Assembly (NCBI GenBank): GCA_049317985.1
Contig: JBMOHF010000001.1
Coordinates: 25,605 to 89,604 of the forward strand
Length of the DNA: 64,000 nucleotides
Origin: Patescibacteria group bacterium
Lineage (GTDB): Bacteria; Patescibacteriota; Patescibacteriia; Patescibacteriales; UBA12465
Direction of reading: 5' to 3'
Made by a program: the position numbers and the translations under genes. The notes beneath the pieces are model-generated. The model did no database searches. It had not been told where the DNA came from and saw nothing but the letters and a program-made list of their open reading frames with translations. Positions 43,180 through 51,655 of the stretch are shown here, one piece after another. The stretch's first letter is position 1; each line of letters starts with the position of its first letter.

Positions 43180-44079
43180 ATGGAAAATAACCAAAGAACA
43201 CTAAACAATGGGGAACTAGAAAAACTAATCGCCAAACTTGGCGGGATAGCTCAAGTCAGAAAAGTCTTAGAAAATAAGCTGACTGTAAAAATCAAGGATC
43301 TGGTTCTGTTAGATGAAAATGGTTGCTTCTTACCCCAAGAAGGTTCAATTTCAAAAGGGTATGAGCAAGACTACTTGGATATGCAACCGCTTGTGGATTG
43401 TGAAATCCAGCTTAAGCGTTTAACGAGATCTTTTCCTAACTTAGAATTTCCAAGCATTAGCGAGTTTAGGGATCAGAGCCATAAGTTGCTAATTCAATTA
43501 CGTGAAAATTCAGCCTACGCGGGATTGCTAAAGGGTTTCTATATGCTAGTCTGCTATCCAAAATTAAAAATAAACTTTGATTTTCAATCAGGCTGTGACC
43601 CAGAAGCAATAGATTATGGTACAGTTATTCAGGACATGCTCTTCCCGGTCGTCAAAAAAACCTATCAAAAAGTCACCGGGCAAGGTTTTATGGATTCAGG
43701 AAATATTAAAGGAGTTACCACTGTTATTGATGATAGCCATCGGCGAATTTTTTCTCGAATGTTTTCCGGCCCGCTAGTCGGAATACAATTTTACCCATTC
43801 AGAGGTATCCCATTTTTTGAAGCTCAGAGCATTGTTCGTCAGCTTGAAGATGCTTTTGCGCTTTCTAGTCCTCTCGGCCTGATGATGGCACTCATCTCAG
43901 CACCCAGGACTCTCCTTAAAAGTAATGTTATATTTAGAACTGGAGCGGCCGTTTCAACGTCTCAGTCTCGCTACACAATGTGTGTCTATGTTGACCACAC
44001 GGGATATTTACATTACGTTAAATCTGACATCAATAGTTTCGATGCCAGAGATTGTATCGGTTTAACCTATATTGGCTAA
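43180..44079 (+). CDS. Hypothetical protein (orphan, ~300 aa)
   Basis: Long ORF with no recognisable motif. The first ATG is at 43180, and the track's upstream alternative start at 43087 is not excluded. Confidence 0.5.
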   Translation: MENNQRTLNNGELEKLIAKLGGIAQVRKVLENKLTVKIKDLVLLDENGCFLPQEGSISKGYEQDYLDMQPLVDCEIQLKRLTRSFPNLEFPSISEFRDQSHKLLIQLRENSAYAGLLKGFYMLVCYPKLKINFDFQSGCDPEAIDYGTVIQDMLFPVVKKTYQKVTGQGFMDSGNIKGVTTVIDDSHRRIFSRMFSGPLVGIQFYPFRGIPFFEAQSIVRQLEDAFALSSPLGLMMALISAPRTLLKSNVIFRTGAAVSTSQSRYTMCVYVDHTGYLHYVKSDINSFDARDCIGLTYIG

Positions 44080-44166
44080 ACCGCTAACCACATTTTAAAG
44101 CGTAATTTATTACGCTTTTTTTAAAATTTCGCTTTTATGATAAAATATAGAATATAAAATAAAAAT

Positions 44167-44553
44167 ATGTCAGATATCATTATTGCCTCCGGGCCAGTTA
44201 TTATTGAAAACAAAAAAGTTCTTCTCGTAAAGCACGGGGAAGATAGCTTTTGGAAATTCTGTGGTGGTAGAGTGGAGGATGGTGAACGTAATTTAAAAGA
44301 AGTGGCTAGACGGGAAGCAAGTGAAGAATTAGGCATCAAAATTAATGTTCTAAATGAGCCTCCTTATTTTTTCTATACCGAGAAGGGAGAAGAAAAAAGA
44401 AGTGTTGTGCTTGTTCATTTTCTAGCTACTTACCATGGTGAAGTAAATCCGGGAGTTGATATTCGAGACTTTCGCTGGCTTAGTAAAGAAGATTTAAGTA
44501 CAGAAGATTTAGCGCCGAATATTTTACCAACCTTGGAACATTTTGGTTTTTAA
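44167..44553 (+). CDS. Nudix hydrolase
   Basis: Nudix box GGRVEDGERNLKEVARREASEELGI. Confidence 0.85.
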   Translation: MSDIIIASGPVIIENKKVLLVKHGEDSFWKFCGGRVEDGERNLKEVARREASEELGIKINVLNEPPYFFYTEKGEEKRSVVLVHFLATYHGEVNPGVDIRDFRWLSKEDLSTEDLAPNILPTLEHFGF

Positions 44554-44564
44554 GAAACAGATAC

Positions 44565-44595
44565 AAAAAACCGGCCAGTTTGGCCGGTTTTTTTA
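44565..44595. terminator. Bidirectional rho-independent terminator
   Basis: Stem ACCGGCCA/TGGCCGGT flanked by A6 and T7. Confidence 0.85.
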
Positions 44596-44596
44596 G

Positions 44597-45214
44597 TTAG
44601 CTAATTTTGATTAATGTTTCTTTGCTAAACCTTGCTTTCGGTCGAACGTTTTCACTTTCTGCTCGGTAACCAATTGGTAGAACCACAGAGACCTCAAGAT
44701 TATTTGCGATCTTGAGAATTTTAGCAAATTGTTCGTGATCAAACCCTTCCATTGGGCAGCTGTCTATTTGCAATTCAGCGGTAGCGGCAAGAGCAAATCC
44801 CAAGGTGATGTAAGTTTGTTTTTTTGACCACTCTACTGTCATTCTCGGTAAGGAGCCTTTAACCAAATCTTCATAGCCAGCCAGTTTCTCTCTTTTTTCC
44901 TGATCTCCTCCCGAGAGCATTGTGAAGAATTCATCAATTGCTTCTGGGAAGTCAGTTCTCGCGCAGAAAACTAAAAGATGTGAACAGCTGTCAATTTGGG
45001 CTTGGTCCCAGGCGGCGGCTTTTAGTTCACTTAGTTTGCTTGTATTTTCTGGTTTATTTTCTATTACCTCTAAACGAAATGGTTGTAAGCCGTAAGATGT
45101 TGGAGCTAAGCGCACAGCTTCTAAAATTTTATTTAAATTTTCTGTTGAAACTTTCTTTTGTGAGTCGAATTTTTTTGTGGCATAGCGCCACTCTAGATTG
45201 TCGATAAATGACAT
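44597..45214 (-). CDS. Nitroreductase-family NAD(P)H oxidoreductase
   Basis: N-terminus RYATKKFD and LAPTSYGLQPF, about 205 aa, NfsB-like layout. Confidence 0.75.
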   Translation of the reverse strand: MSFIDNLEWRYATKKFDSQKKVSTENLNKILEAVRLAPTSYGLQPFRLEVIENKPENTSKLSELKAAAWDQAQIDSCSHLLVFCARTDFPEAIDEFFTMLSGGDQEKREKLAGYEDLVKGSLPRMTVEWSKKQTYITLGFALAATAELQIDSCPMEGFDHEQFAKILKIANNLEVSVVLPIGYRAESENVRPKARFSKETLIKIS

Positions 45215-45275
45215 AGTTTTTTATAATTAATAATTTAGATTATTTTATCAGCGAAGATTCAACAAATTTTTCCTA

Positions 45276-45304
45276 TTGAGCCTTTCCACTACATATTGTA
45301 TAAT
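45276..45304 (+). promoter_or_regulatory. nrdAB promoter
   Basis: TTGAGC-17 nt-TATAAT with an extended TG. Confidence 0.55.
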
Positions 45305-45333
45305 AAAAACAAATAAACCACAATATGTATTAA
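45286..45333 (+). promoter_or_regulatory. Two NrdR-box-like near-palindromes 32 bp apart
   Basis: CCACTACATATTGTAT (45286-45301) matches 12/16 and CCACAATATGTATTAA (45318-45333) matches 11/16 of the acaCwAtATaTwGtgt consensus. The first overlaps the -10. The cores TACATATTGT and ACAATATGTA are mutually inverted. Confidence 0.35.
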
Positions 45334-45352
45334 TTTTAAATTTAGAAAAAAT

Positions 45353-47788
45353 ATGGAAAATGTTTTAAAAACTGATTCTGGAGAGCTAATTAATAACGAT
45401 TTTTTGGCTAATATCTTGCGTCCGGTGCTTGCCGGAGTGTTGAATAGCGAAGAAATCCTTGAAAAATTGAGCAAAGAAGTGAGTCTCGCCTTCTACGACG
45501 GAATGACTACTGGGGACATTGAAAAAGCTTTAATAAATACCGCTGCCCAAAGTATTAAGGATGAACCGATTTACGATGGAATCGCTACTCGGTTGTTACT
45601 TTTTTCTTTGTATCGAGAGTTTTTTGGCAATGAATTTGAGGCGAATAATTTAGATAATCTTTATCGCTCGTCTTTTATTGAGGGAATCAAAACTTCGGTC
45701 GCGAAAGAATGGTTAAATAAAAAAATATTGGGGTTTGATCTCGAAATACTATCAAAAGCTTTGGCACCAAACTTAGATTTAGAATTCACTTATACTGGAC
45801 TTTCTACTCTAATGCGGCGTTATTTAAGACGTGACCCGGAACAGAAAATTTTAGAACTTCCTCAGCATGCCTGGCTGCGGGTTGCGATGGGTTTGTCTTG
45901 GAACGAAGAAAAAAAAGAAGAGGTTGCCATTAATTTCTATCAAAGGATGAGTTCTCTGGAATATCTTCCTGGCGGGTCTACCATTATTAATGCTGGAGCG
46001 AAAGAACCTCGTCTTTCCAATTGTTTCTTAATGGAGATGGAAGATAATATCTCTCATATTGGAAAAACCGTTTCTGATGTCTTAAAACTTTCCAAGGCTA
46101 CTGGCGGTATCGGCTTGTCTGTCACAAAACTACGAGCGAGCGGTTCGCCAATTTCTACTAATAATACTTTTTCTTCTGGACCTGTTCCGTTTCTTCATAT
46201 CATTGATTCAGCAATTCGTGCAATTTCACGTGCTGGTAAAAAAATGGGGGCACTCTGTTTCTTTATGGAGAATTGGCATTATGATTTTGCTGAATTTATT
46301 GACCTCAAACAAAATGCTGGCGATGACTATCGTCGCACGAGAACTGCTAACATTGCCGTTTATCTTTCAGATGAGTTTATGAAGCGAGTAAAGAATGATG
46401 AGTATTGGTATTTGTTCGATCCCAAAGAAGTTGGAGACTTGATTGATCTTTATGGTCAGAATTTTTCTAGTCGTTATCAGAAGTATTGTGAATTAGCAGA
46501 GAAGGGGGAGATAAGGCTTTTTAAAAAGATGAAGGCACGTGACCAGTTCCGCAGTATTATTGTTTCTCTTCAAGCAACTTCTCATCCTTGGTTGACTTTC
46601 AAGGACGCGGTTAATGTTCGTGCTTTAAATAATAATACTGGGACAATTTATGGTTCAAATCTCTGCACGGAAATTACTTTGCCGACTAATGAAAATAATA
46701 TAGCGGTTTGTAATATTATGTCGGTCAATTTAGCGAAGCATTTGGTAAATGGAAAGATTGATTATCCTCGTTTGGAAAAAAGTGTACGTTTAGCAATTAG
46801 GCAATTAGATAACTTAGTTGATATAAATGAACCACCGGTAATTGAAGCGAAAAACTTTGATGAAGCCAATCGAGCGGTCGGTTTGGGCGTAATGGGGCTT
46901 GCAGAAATTTTTGAAAATCTCAATCTATCCTATAACAGCGAAGAAGCTTTTGACCTTGTTGACGAAATCATGGAGTTCATTAGTTTTCACGCAATTGATG
47001 CTTCTAGCGATTTAGCACTTAGTCGCGGTATTTATCGAAATTTTCCTGGTTCTCGCTGGTCGCAAGGAATTGTGCCGGTAGATACTATGCAGCTATTAGA
47101 AGCTAGTCGCGGTGAAACGGTAAAAGTTATTGGACGCACTCGATTAGACTGGGGATACTTGCGCGAAAAAGTAAAAAAGGGAATGCGAAATTCGACTCTT
47201 CTCGCCATCGCACCGACGGCAAATATTGGATTAGTGGCAGGAACTTCCACTGGCATCGATCCGCGTTTCGCTCAAATTTTTAGTAGGAATACTCTTGGTG
47301 GAAAATATTTGGAATTAAATTATAACTTAGTAAAAAAACTACAAGAGCTTGGTCTCTGGGAGAAAGCCAAGGATGATCTATTAACCTCATATGGTGATTT
47401 AACGGACCTCGATTATCTACCAGCTGAGCTCAGAAGTATTTATCAGGATTCTTTCTCGGTAGGACCGCAGGCTTTCCTGGAGGTAGCTGCGCGAGCGCAA
47501 AAATGGGTTGATCAAGCAATTAGTAGAAATATGTATTTAACAACTCGCGACCCAGAAGAGGTAATGGATGTTTATTTGAGCGCTTGGGAGAAGGGGCTTA
47601 AAACAACGTACTACCTGCACATGAAACCAAGACACAGCGCTGAGCAGTCAACAACCAAAGTTAATAAATCAACAGCTCTTGGAAAACGTGGTTTTGGTGC
47701 TGTTAGCGCTCCTACTGTCGAGTTGGTGGCAGGACAAGCTTGCCCGCTTGATCCGCAAGAGCGTTTGAATTGTGAAAGCTGTCAATAA
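45353..47788 (+). CDS. nrdA: Ribonucleotide reductase large (alpha) subunit, class I
   Basis: 811 aa with the motifs NLCTEI and GGIGLSVT, and a C-terminal Cys pair (CESCQ). No obvious ATP-cone at the N-terminus. Confidence 0.9.
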   Translation: MENVLKTDSGELINNDFLANILRPVLAGVLNSEEILEKLSKEVSLAFYDGMTTGDIEKALINTAAQSIKDEPIYDGIATRLLLFSLYREFFGNEFEANNLDNLYRSSFIEGIKTSVAKEWLNKKILGFDLEILSKALAPNLDLEFTYTGLSTLMRRYLRRDPEQKILELPQHAWLRVAMGLSWNEEKKEEVAINFYQRMSSLEYLPGGSTIINAGAKEPRLSNCFLMEMEDNISHIGKTVSDVLKLSKATGGIGLSVTKLRASGSPISTNNTFSSGPVPFLHIIDSAIRAISRAGKKMGALCFFMENWHYDFAEFIDLKQNAGDDYRRTRTANIAVYLSDEFMKRVKNDEYWYLFDPKEVGDLIDLYGQNFSSRYQKYCELAEKGEIRLFKKMKARDQFRSIIVSLQATSHPWLTFKDAVNVRALNNNTGTIYGSNLCTEITLPTNENNIAVCNIMSVNLAKHLVNGKIDYPRLEKSVRLAIRQLDNLVDINEPPVIEAKNFDEANRAVGLGVMGLAEIFENLNLSYNSEEAFDLVDEIMEFISFHAIDASSDLALSRGIYRNFPGSRWSQGIVPVDTMQLLEASRGETVKVIGRTRLDWGYLREKVKKGMRNSTLLAIAPTANIGLVAGTSTGIDPRFAQIFSRNTLGGKYLELNYNLVKKLQELGLWEKAKDDLLTSYGDLTDLDYLPAELRSIYQDSFSVGPQAFLEVAARAQKWVDQAISRNMYLTTRDPEEVMDVYLSAWEKGLKTTYYLHMKPRHSAEQSTTKVNKSTALGKRGFGAVSAPTVELVAGQACPLDPQERLNCESCQ

Positions 47789-47811
47789 ATTAATAAAATA
47801 AAAATAAATAT

Positions 47812-48792
47812 ATGATTTTAGGAAAACCATTAAATGAAGATTTAAGATTAAGACCAATTAGATATCAATGGGCGTATGATCTCTATAATCAAGCGGTGGC
47901 CAACACTTGGTTTCCTCATGAAATTGCACTCGGGGAAGATTTGGAGGATTTTAAAAAAATGAGTGAAGATGAAAAACATGCCGTTTCTTTCTTGATGAGT
48001 TTTTTTAATCCAAGCGAATTAATTGTGAATCGTTCTCTCGCCCTTGGTGTCTATCCTTACTTAAAAGCGCCAGAAACCCATTTATATTTAGCCAAACAAA
48101 TGTGGGAGGAAGCAAACCATTCGATGGCCTTTGAATATGTTTTGGAAACCTTCCCACTTGATCGAGAAAAGATTTTCGAAAATCATTTGAACGCTCCGTC
48201 GATTAAAGCGAAGGAAGATTTTATTTTAAATTACGTTGGGAGAATGGCTGAAGGAGCTTTAGATGTAGATTCAAATGAAGGAAAAAAAGACTTTGTTCGC
48301 AATTTGATCGCCTATAATATTGTGATGGAAGGAATCTGGTTCTATAGCGGGTTTATGGTTGCTCTGTCTTTCCGCCAGAAACAGCAATTGAAAAATTTTG
48401 GTTCAATGATCGACTGGGTGGTTCGTGACGAAAGTTTACATTTGAAATTTGGAATTAATTTAATTTTAACTATTTTAGAAGAGAATCCAGATATTGCGAC
48501 GCCAGAATTTGCGAATGAAATTAAAGAATTAATCATTAAGGGTGCTGAAATGGAAACTGATTACAATCGCGATCTTTTTCCAAAAGGAATTTTGAATATT
48601 AATGCCGAGTATACCAATCAATATGTTCAATATGTCACTGATAGACGCCTGGAAGAGTTAGGTTTTGAGCCACATTACAACACTGTTAATCCAGCTCAAT
48701 GGATGGCAGTGGAAACTGATACTTTGGAATTAGTTAATTTTTTTGAAGTGCAAAATACTAACTACGAAGTTGATAATCGTGCCCATAAATAA
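47812..48792 (+). CDS. nrdB: Ribonucleotide reductase small (beta) subunit, class Ic-like (Phe at radical-Tyr position)
   Basis: Metal motifs SELIV (Glu as first ligand), EEANHSMAF (ExxH then Phe at +4), MEGIWFYSGF and RDESLH. Confidence 0.85.
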   Translation: MILGKPLNEDLRLRPIRYQWAYDLYNQAVANTWFPHEIALGEDLEDFKKMSEDEKHAVSFLMSFFNPSELIVNRSLALGVYPYLKAPETHLYLAKQMWEEANHSMAFEYVLETFPLDREKIFENHLNAPSIKAKEDFILNYVGRMAEGALDVDSNEGKKDFVRNLIAYNIVMEGIWFYSGFMVALSFRQKQQLKNFGSMIDWVVRDESLHLKFGINLILTILEENPDIATPEFANEIKELIIKGAEMETDYNRDLFPKGILNINAEYTNQYVQYVTDRRLEELGFEPHYNTVNPAQWMAVETDTLELVNFFEVQNTNYEVDNRAHK

Positions 48793-48872
48793 TTTAGATT
48801 TATTTATAAAACTAGAACCGCTCCAAAAACGGGCGGTTTTATGTTATAATCACTAGGAAATAACTATATTTT

Positions 48873-49619
48873 ATGACGACACAAATCATTATTTTAGCTG
48901 CTGGAAAAGGCAAGCGAATGGGCTCCGATTTACCAAAAGCACTTGTTCTCTTAAATGGAAGGCCGATGATTGATTATTTGGCCCAGGCGGTAGTTAAATC
49001 TCAGGTCTGTGAAAAACCAATTGTTGTTGTCGCGCCGGATAATGGAAAATTAATTAGAGAAGAGTTAAAGGAATACGGCTTTACTTATGCAGTTCAAGAT
49101 GAACAGTTGGGAAGTGGACATGCAGTTTCTTGTGCTCTTGGTTTGTTATCACCGAATATTGATCGAATTATTGTTCTATATTGTGATCATCCGTTTTTTA
49201 GTGCTGGCTTGATAAAAAATCTTTCAACCATAAAAACTGATTCCTTGATTTTAGTGCCAACAATTTTATCTGATTTTGAAAACTGGCATCGCAGTTTTTT
49301 TCATTGGGGGAGAGTATTAAGAATAAATGGCAAGCTTGAAAAAATAGTTGAATTCAGAGATGCCTCGCCACAGGAAATAGAAGTGAAAGAATTAAATTCC
49401 GGAGTAATGGCTTTTGATACTAAATGGTTGATTAAAAATATTAGATTGTTAAATAATAGTAATAATCAAGGGGAATATTATCTCACCTCCTTGGTTGAAA
49501 TTGCTTTTCACGAAAAGAGAAAAATCCCATCGATTATTGTTGAACCACGAGAAGCTTTGGGTATAAATAGTCCAGAGGAACTATTTTTGGCTGAAAATAT
49601 AATTAATAAAAATTTATGA
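48873..49619 (+). CDS. Sugar-1-phosphate nucleotidylyltransferase (GlmU N-terminal-domain-like, no acetyltransferase domain)
   Basis: Motif IILAAGKGKRMGSDLPKAL. 248 aa. Confidence 0.65.
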   Translation: MTTQIIILAAGKGKRMGSDLPKALVLLNGRPMIDYLAQAVVKSQVCEKPIVVVAPDNGKLIREELKEYGFTYAVQDEQLGSGHAVSCALGLLSPNIDRIIVLYCDHPFFSAGLIKNLSTIKTDSLILVPTILSDFENWHRSFFHWGRVLRINGKLEKIVEFRDASPQEIEVKELNSGVMAFDTKWLIKNIRLLNNSNNQGEYYLTSLVEIAFHEKRKIPSIIVEPREALGINSPEELFLAENIINKNL

Positions 49620-50086
49620 AAACATTAATCGTTTATTATTCTCGCACTGGCGTGACGAGAAAGTTGGCAACCGAGTTGGCGAATCTTTTAGGCGCTGACT
49701 TGGAAGAAATCAAAGATCCAACAAGTCGTATTGGTGTGATGGGTTACTTAAATAGTGGTAAAGAGGCGGCCTTAAAAAAACTAGCACCAATTGAAGAATT
49801 AGTGCACAGATTGAAAGATTATGATTTAATTTTGGTTGGTACCCCCGTTTGGGCTTTTACAATTTCTAGTCCAGTGCGTTCATTCTTAGAAAAATATAAA
49901 AAAGATTTAAATTCTTGGGCTCTGTTCTGCACTCAAGGAGGAGAAGGGGAGCAGAAAACCCTTGCTAGCGCAGAAAAAATAGTTGGCAGTCCGGCGAAAG
50001 CTTTTTTGCGTTTATTGACAAAGCAGGTTTTAAGAAGAGAATTTTTATCGGAAATCTCGGCATTTAAAGAAAAGTTGGGGAAGTAG
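49616..50086 (+). CDS. Flavodoxin-family protein
   Basis: Motifs MKTLIVYYSRTGVTRKLA and LILVGTPVWAF. Its start overlaps the upstream stop (ATGA). Confidence 0.65.
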   Translation: MKTLIVYYSRTGVTRKLATELANLLGADLEEIKDPTSRIGVMGYLNSGKEAALKKLAPIEELVHRLKDYDLILVGTPVWAFTISSPVRSFLEKYKKDLNSWALFCTQGGEGEQKTLASAEKIVGSPAKAFLRLLTKQVLRREFLSEISAFKEKLGK

Positions 50087-50087
50087 A

Positions 50088-50324
50088 CTAATTTCTGAAA
50101 GAATTCATCACTTTTAGGGTAATAGTTTTTATTTTATGTTGTTTCGCGTAGGTCTCAGCTTTCTTTTTCACGGACGGACGAACACCAGCCGGCACTCTCG
50201 CGAGCATTCGCTTAGCTTCAGCTGTCCAAATAAAGCCAGTTGTTGCCGCTTTCACTGGTAAGCCAATTAGCATTAAACTGAATAAAGTAAAACTAATTAT
50301 TAGGATTTTTGAGTATTTTTTCAT
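50088..50324 (-). CDS. Small secreted/anchored protein with a PCP_red-like domain
   Basis: N-terminal hydrophobic signal, then WTAEAKRMLARVPAGVRPSVKKKAETYAKQHKIKTITLKVM. This resembles the C-terminal domain of protochlorophyllide reductase subunit B. Confidence 0.45.
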   Translation of the reverse strand: MKKYSKILIISFTLFSLMLIGLPVKAATTGFIWTAEAKRMLARVPAGVRPSVKKKAETYAKQHKIKTITLKVMNSFRN

Positions 50325-50496
50325 TTTTGATATTTATAAAAAATTTCTTAGACTAATTACTACATTTTATACCTTTTCGTGCTTTTAACAAGTCAATTCT
50401 CAATCTTTTCATTAAAATAATTTAAAATTAGCAAAAATAAAAAAGCCGGTCAAATTGTGTTTTGATCGGCTTTGTGACGGATAAAGAGATAATTTT

Positions 50497-51006
50497 TTAC
50501 TTTTTTGAGATGATGAGCTTCATGCTCATAAATTTAAGTGGTGGTTCTGGCGACTCCATACCATTAGAAGAAATTGTTATCGTAGTATCAGTTTCTAATA
50601 CGCCAATTTCCGAATTTTGGCAGGTGCCATTCCAGACTTGGTGTGCTCCGCTTGGCCAAACTTTCATGGCAAAAACGCTGGTTTTTTGTGCGTTTAAAAT
50701 TACGGACACAATTGGTCCACCAATTTCTAAGCCAGACTGCATAGACACCCCTCCACCACACTCGCCGTTTATCTCAATAGCGTAAGCTTCGCCTTCCATT
50801 TTCTGGATGTCGTTGACGTGGCTTTCCCAAGTTCCCTTGGTTCCGTCGCTGACTTCCCAAAAAATACTTACTTTATGACCAATGAGGTCTGTGGTCGAAA
50901 TTGATTTACTTGCTGGTATTAGATAATACTTGGGCACAATCAATTCATCCTTTTTGCAACTAGCAATAATAATTGCAAATGTTGCTAAAATTAGCAATTT
51001 TTTCAT
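50497..51006 (-). CDS. Hypothetical lipoprotein
   Basis: Signal peptide with lipobox IIASC. A consensus promoter lies at 51048-51076. Confidence 0.6.
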   Translation of the reverse strand: MKKLLILATFAIIIASCKKDELIVPKYYLIPASKSISTTDLIGHKVSIFWEVSDGTKGTWESHVNDIQKMEGEAYAIEINGECGGGVSMQSGLEIGGPIVSVILNAQKTSVFAMKVWPSGAHQVWNGTCQNSEIGVLETDTTITISSNGMESPEPPLKFMSMKLIISKK

Positions 51007-51047
51007 GATTATCGGTTTTTTTAATGAATATTTTCTTCTGTTTTTTA

Positions 51048-51076
51048 ATTATACTATATATTTAGTAAAATGTCAA
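51048..51076 (-). promoter_or_regulatory. Consensus sigma70 promoter of lipoprotein gene 50497-51006
   Basis: Minus strand reads TTGACA-17 nt-TATAAT. Confidence 0.7.
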
Positions 51077-51159
51077 GTATTAGGTCTCGATTCATTTCAC
51101 TATTATTGACTTTTTCGGTAGATTATCCTATAGTTTTTAGATAACTAATACTTTAACAA

Positions 51160-51453
51160 ATGAGAAAAAAAGGAAATGGAAACGGATGCGAGTGCCTCGG
51201 CCAAGAGTCATGCATTATTAAGTGTAAAAAAATTGGTTTAAAAAAAGATGAAAAACTTCCAATTCATGAAAATGTTGGCAGAAAAAATTTAAGATTTTGC
51301 CAGGCGTCAGACTTTCCAGACCCAACTGAGGAGGAGAGTAACGGGAGGTTTCATTTTGTAACGCCAGAAGAGATTGTTGATCCAGATGCGACAAACTTTG
51401 CTGATCTTGAAATTAACTCTAATGTTGAGGAGGAAGATCAAGGTCAAGACTAA
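51160..51453 (+). CDS. Hypothetical protein (97 aa, Cys-rich N-terminus, acidic C-terminus)
   Basis: ORF only. No family recognised. Confidence 0.4.
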   Translation: MRKKGNGNGCECLGQESCIIKCKKIGLKKDEKLPIHENVGRKNLRFCQASDFPDPTEEESNGRFHFVTPEEIVDPDATNFADLEINSNVEEEDQGQD

Positions 51454-51655
51454 GGAAAATTGAACCAATTATCAACTCAGAGGCCATTGAGGTTTTGACT
51501 AAGGAAGAAGCATTGCTTCATGGAAAGGTAGTTAAAGTTCCTCGTCGAAGAACTAGAGAAAAACGCACTCAAAAAGGAATGAAAGTAAATATCTTTCAGG
51601 GTAGCTAAGCGTTTTAAAATAAACAAAAAAGCCTTTATCATCAGATAGAGGCTTT

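Noticed and set aside
51429-51608. Open alternative frame after 51160-51453 (…GKVVKVPRRRTREKRTQKGMKVNIFQGS), considered as a frameshift extension or a small basic protein
   Set aside because: It has no ATG (only a possible TTG), no RBS and no slippery site. It ends in the ABC-F terminator region, so the evidence is insufficient.
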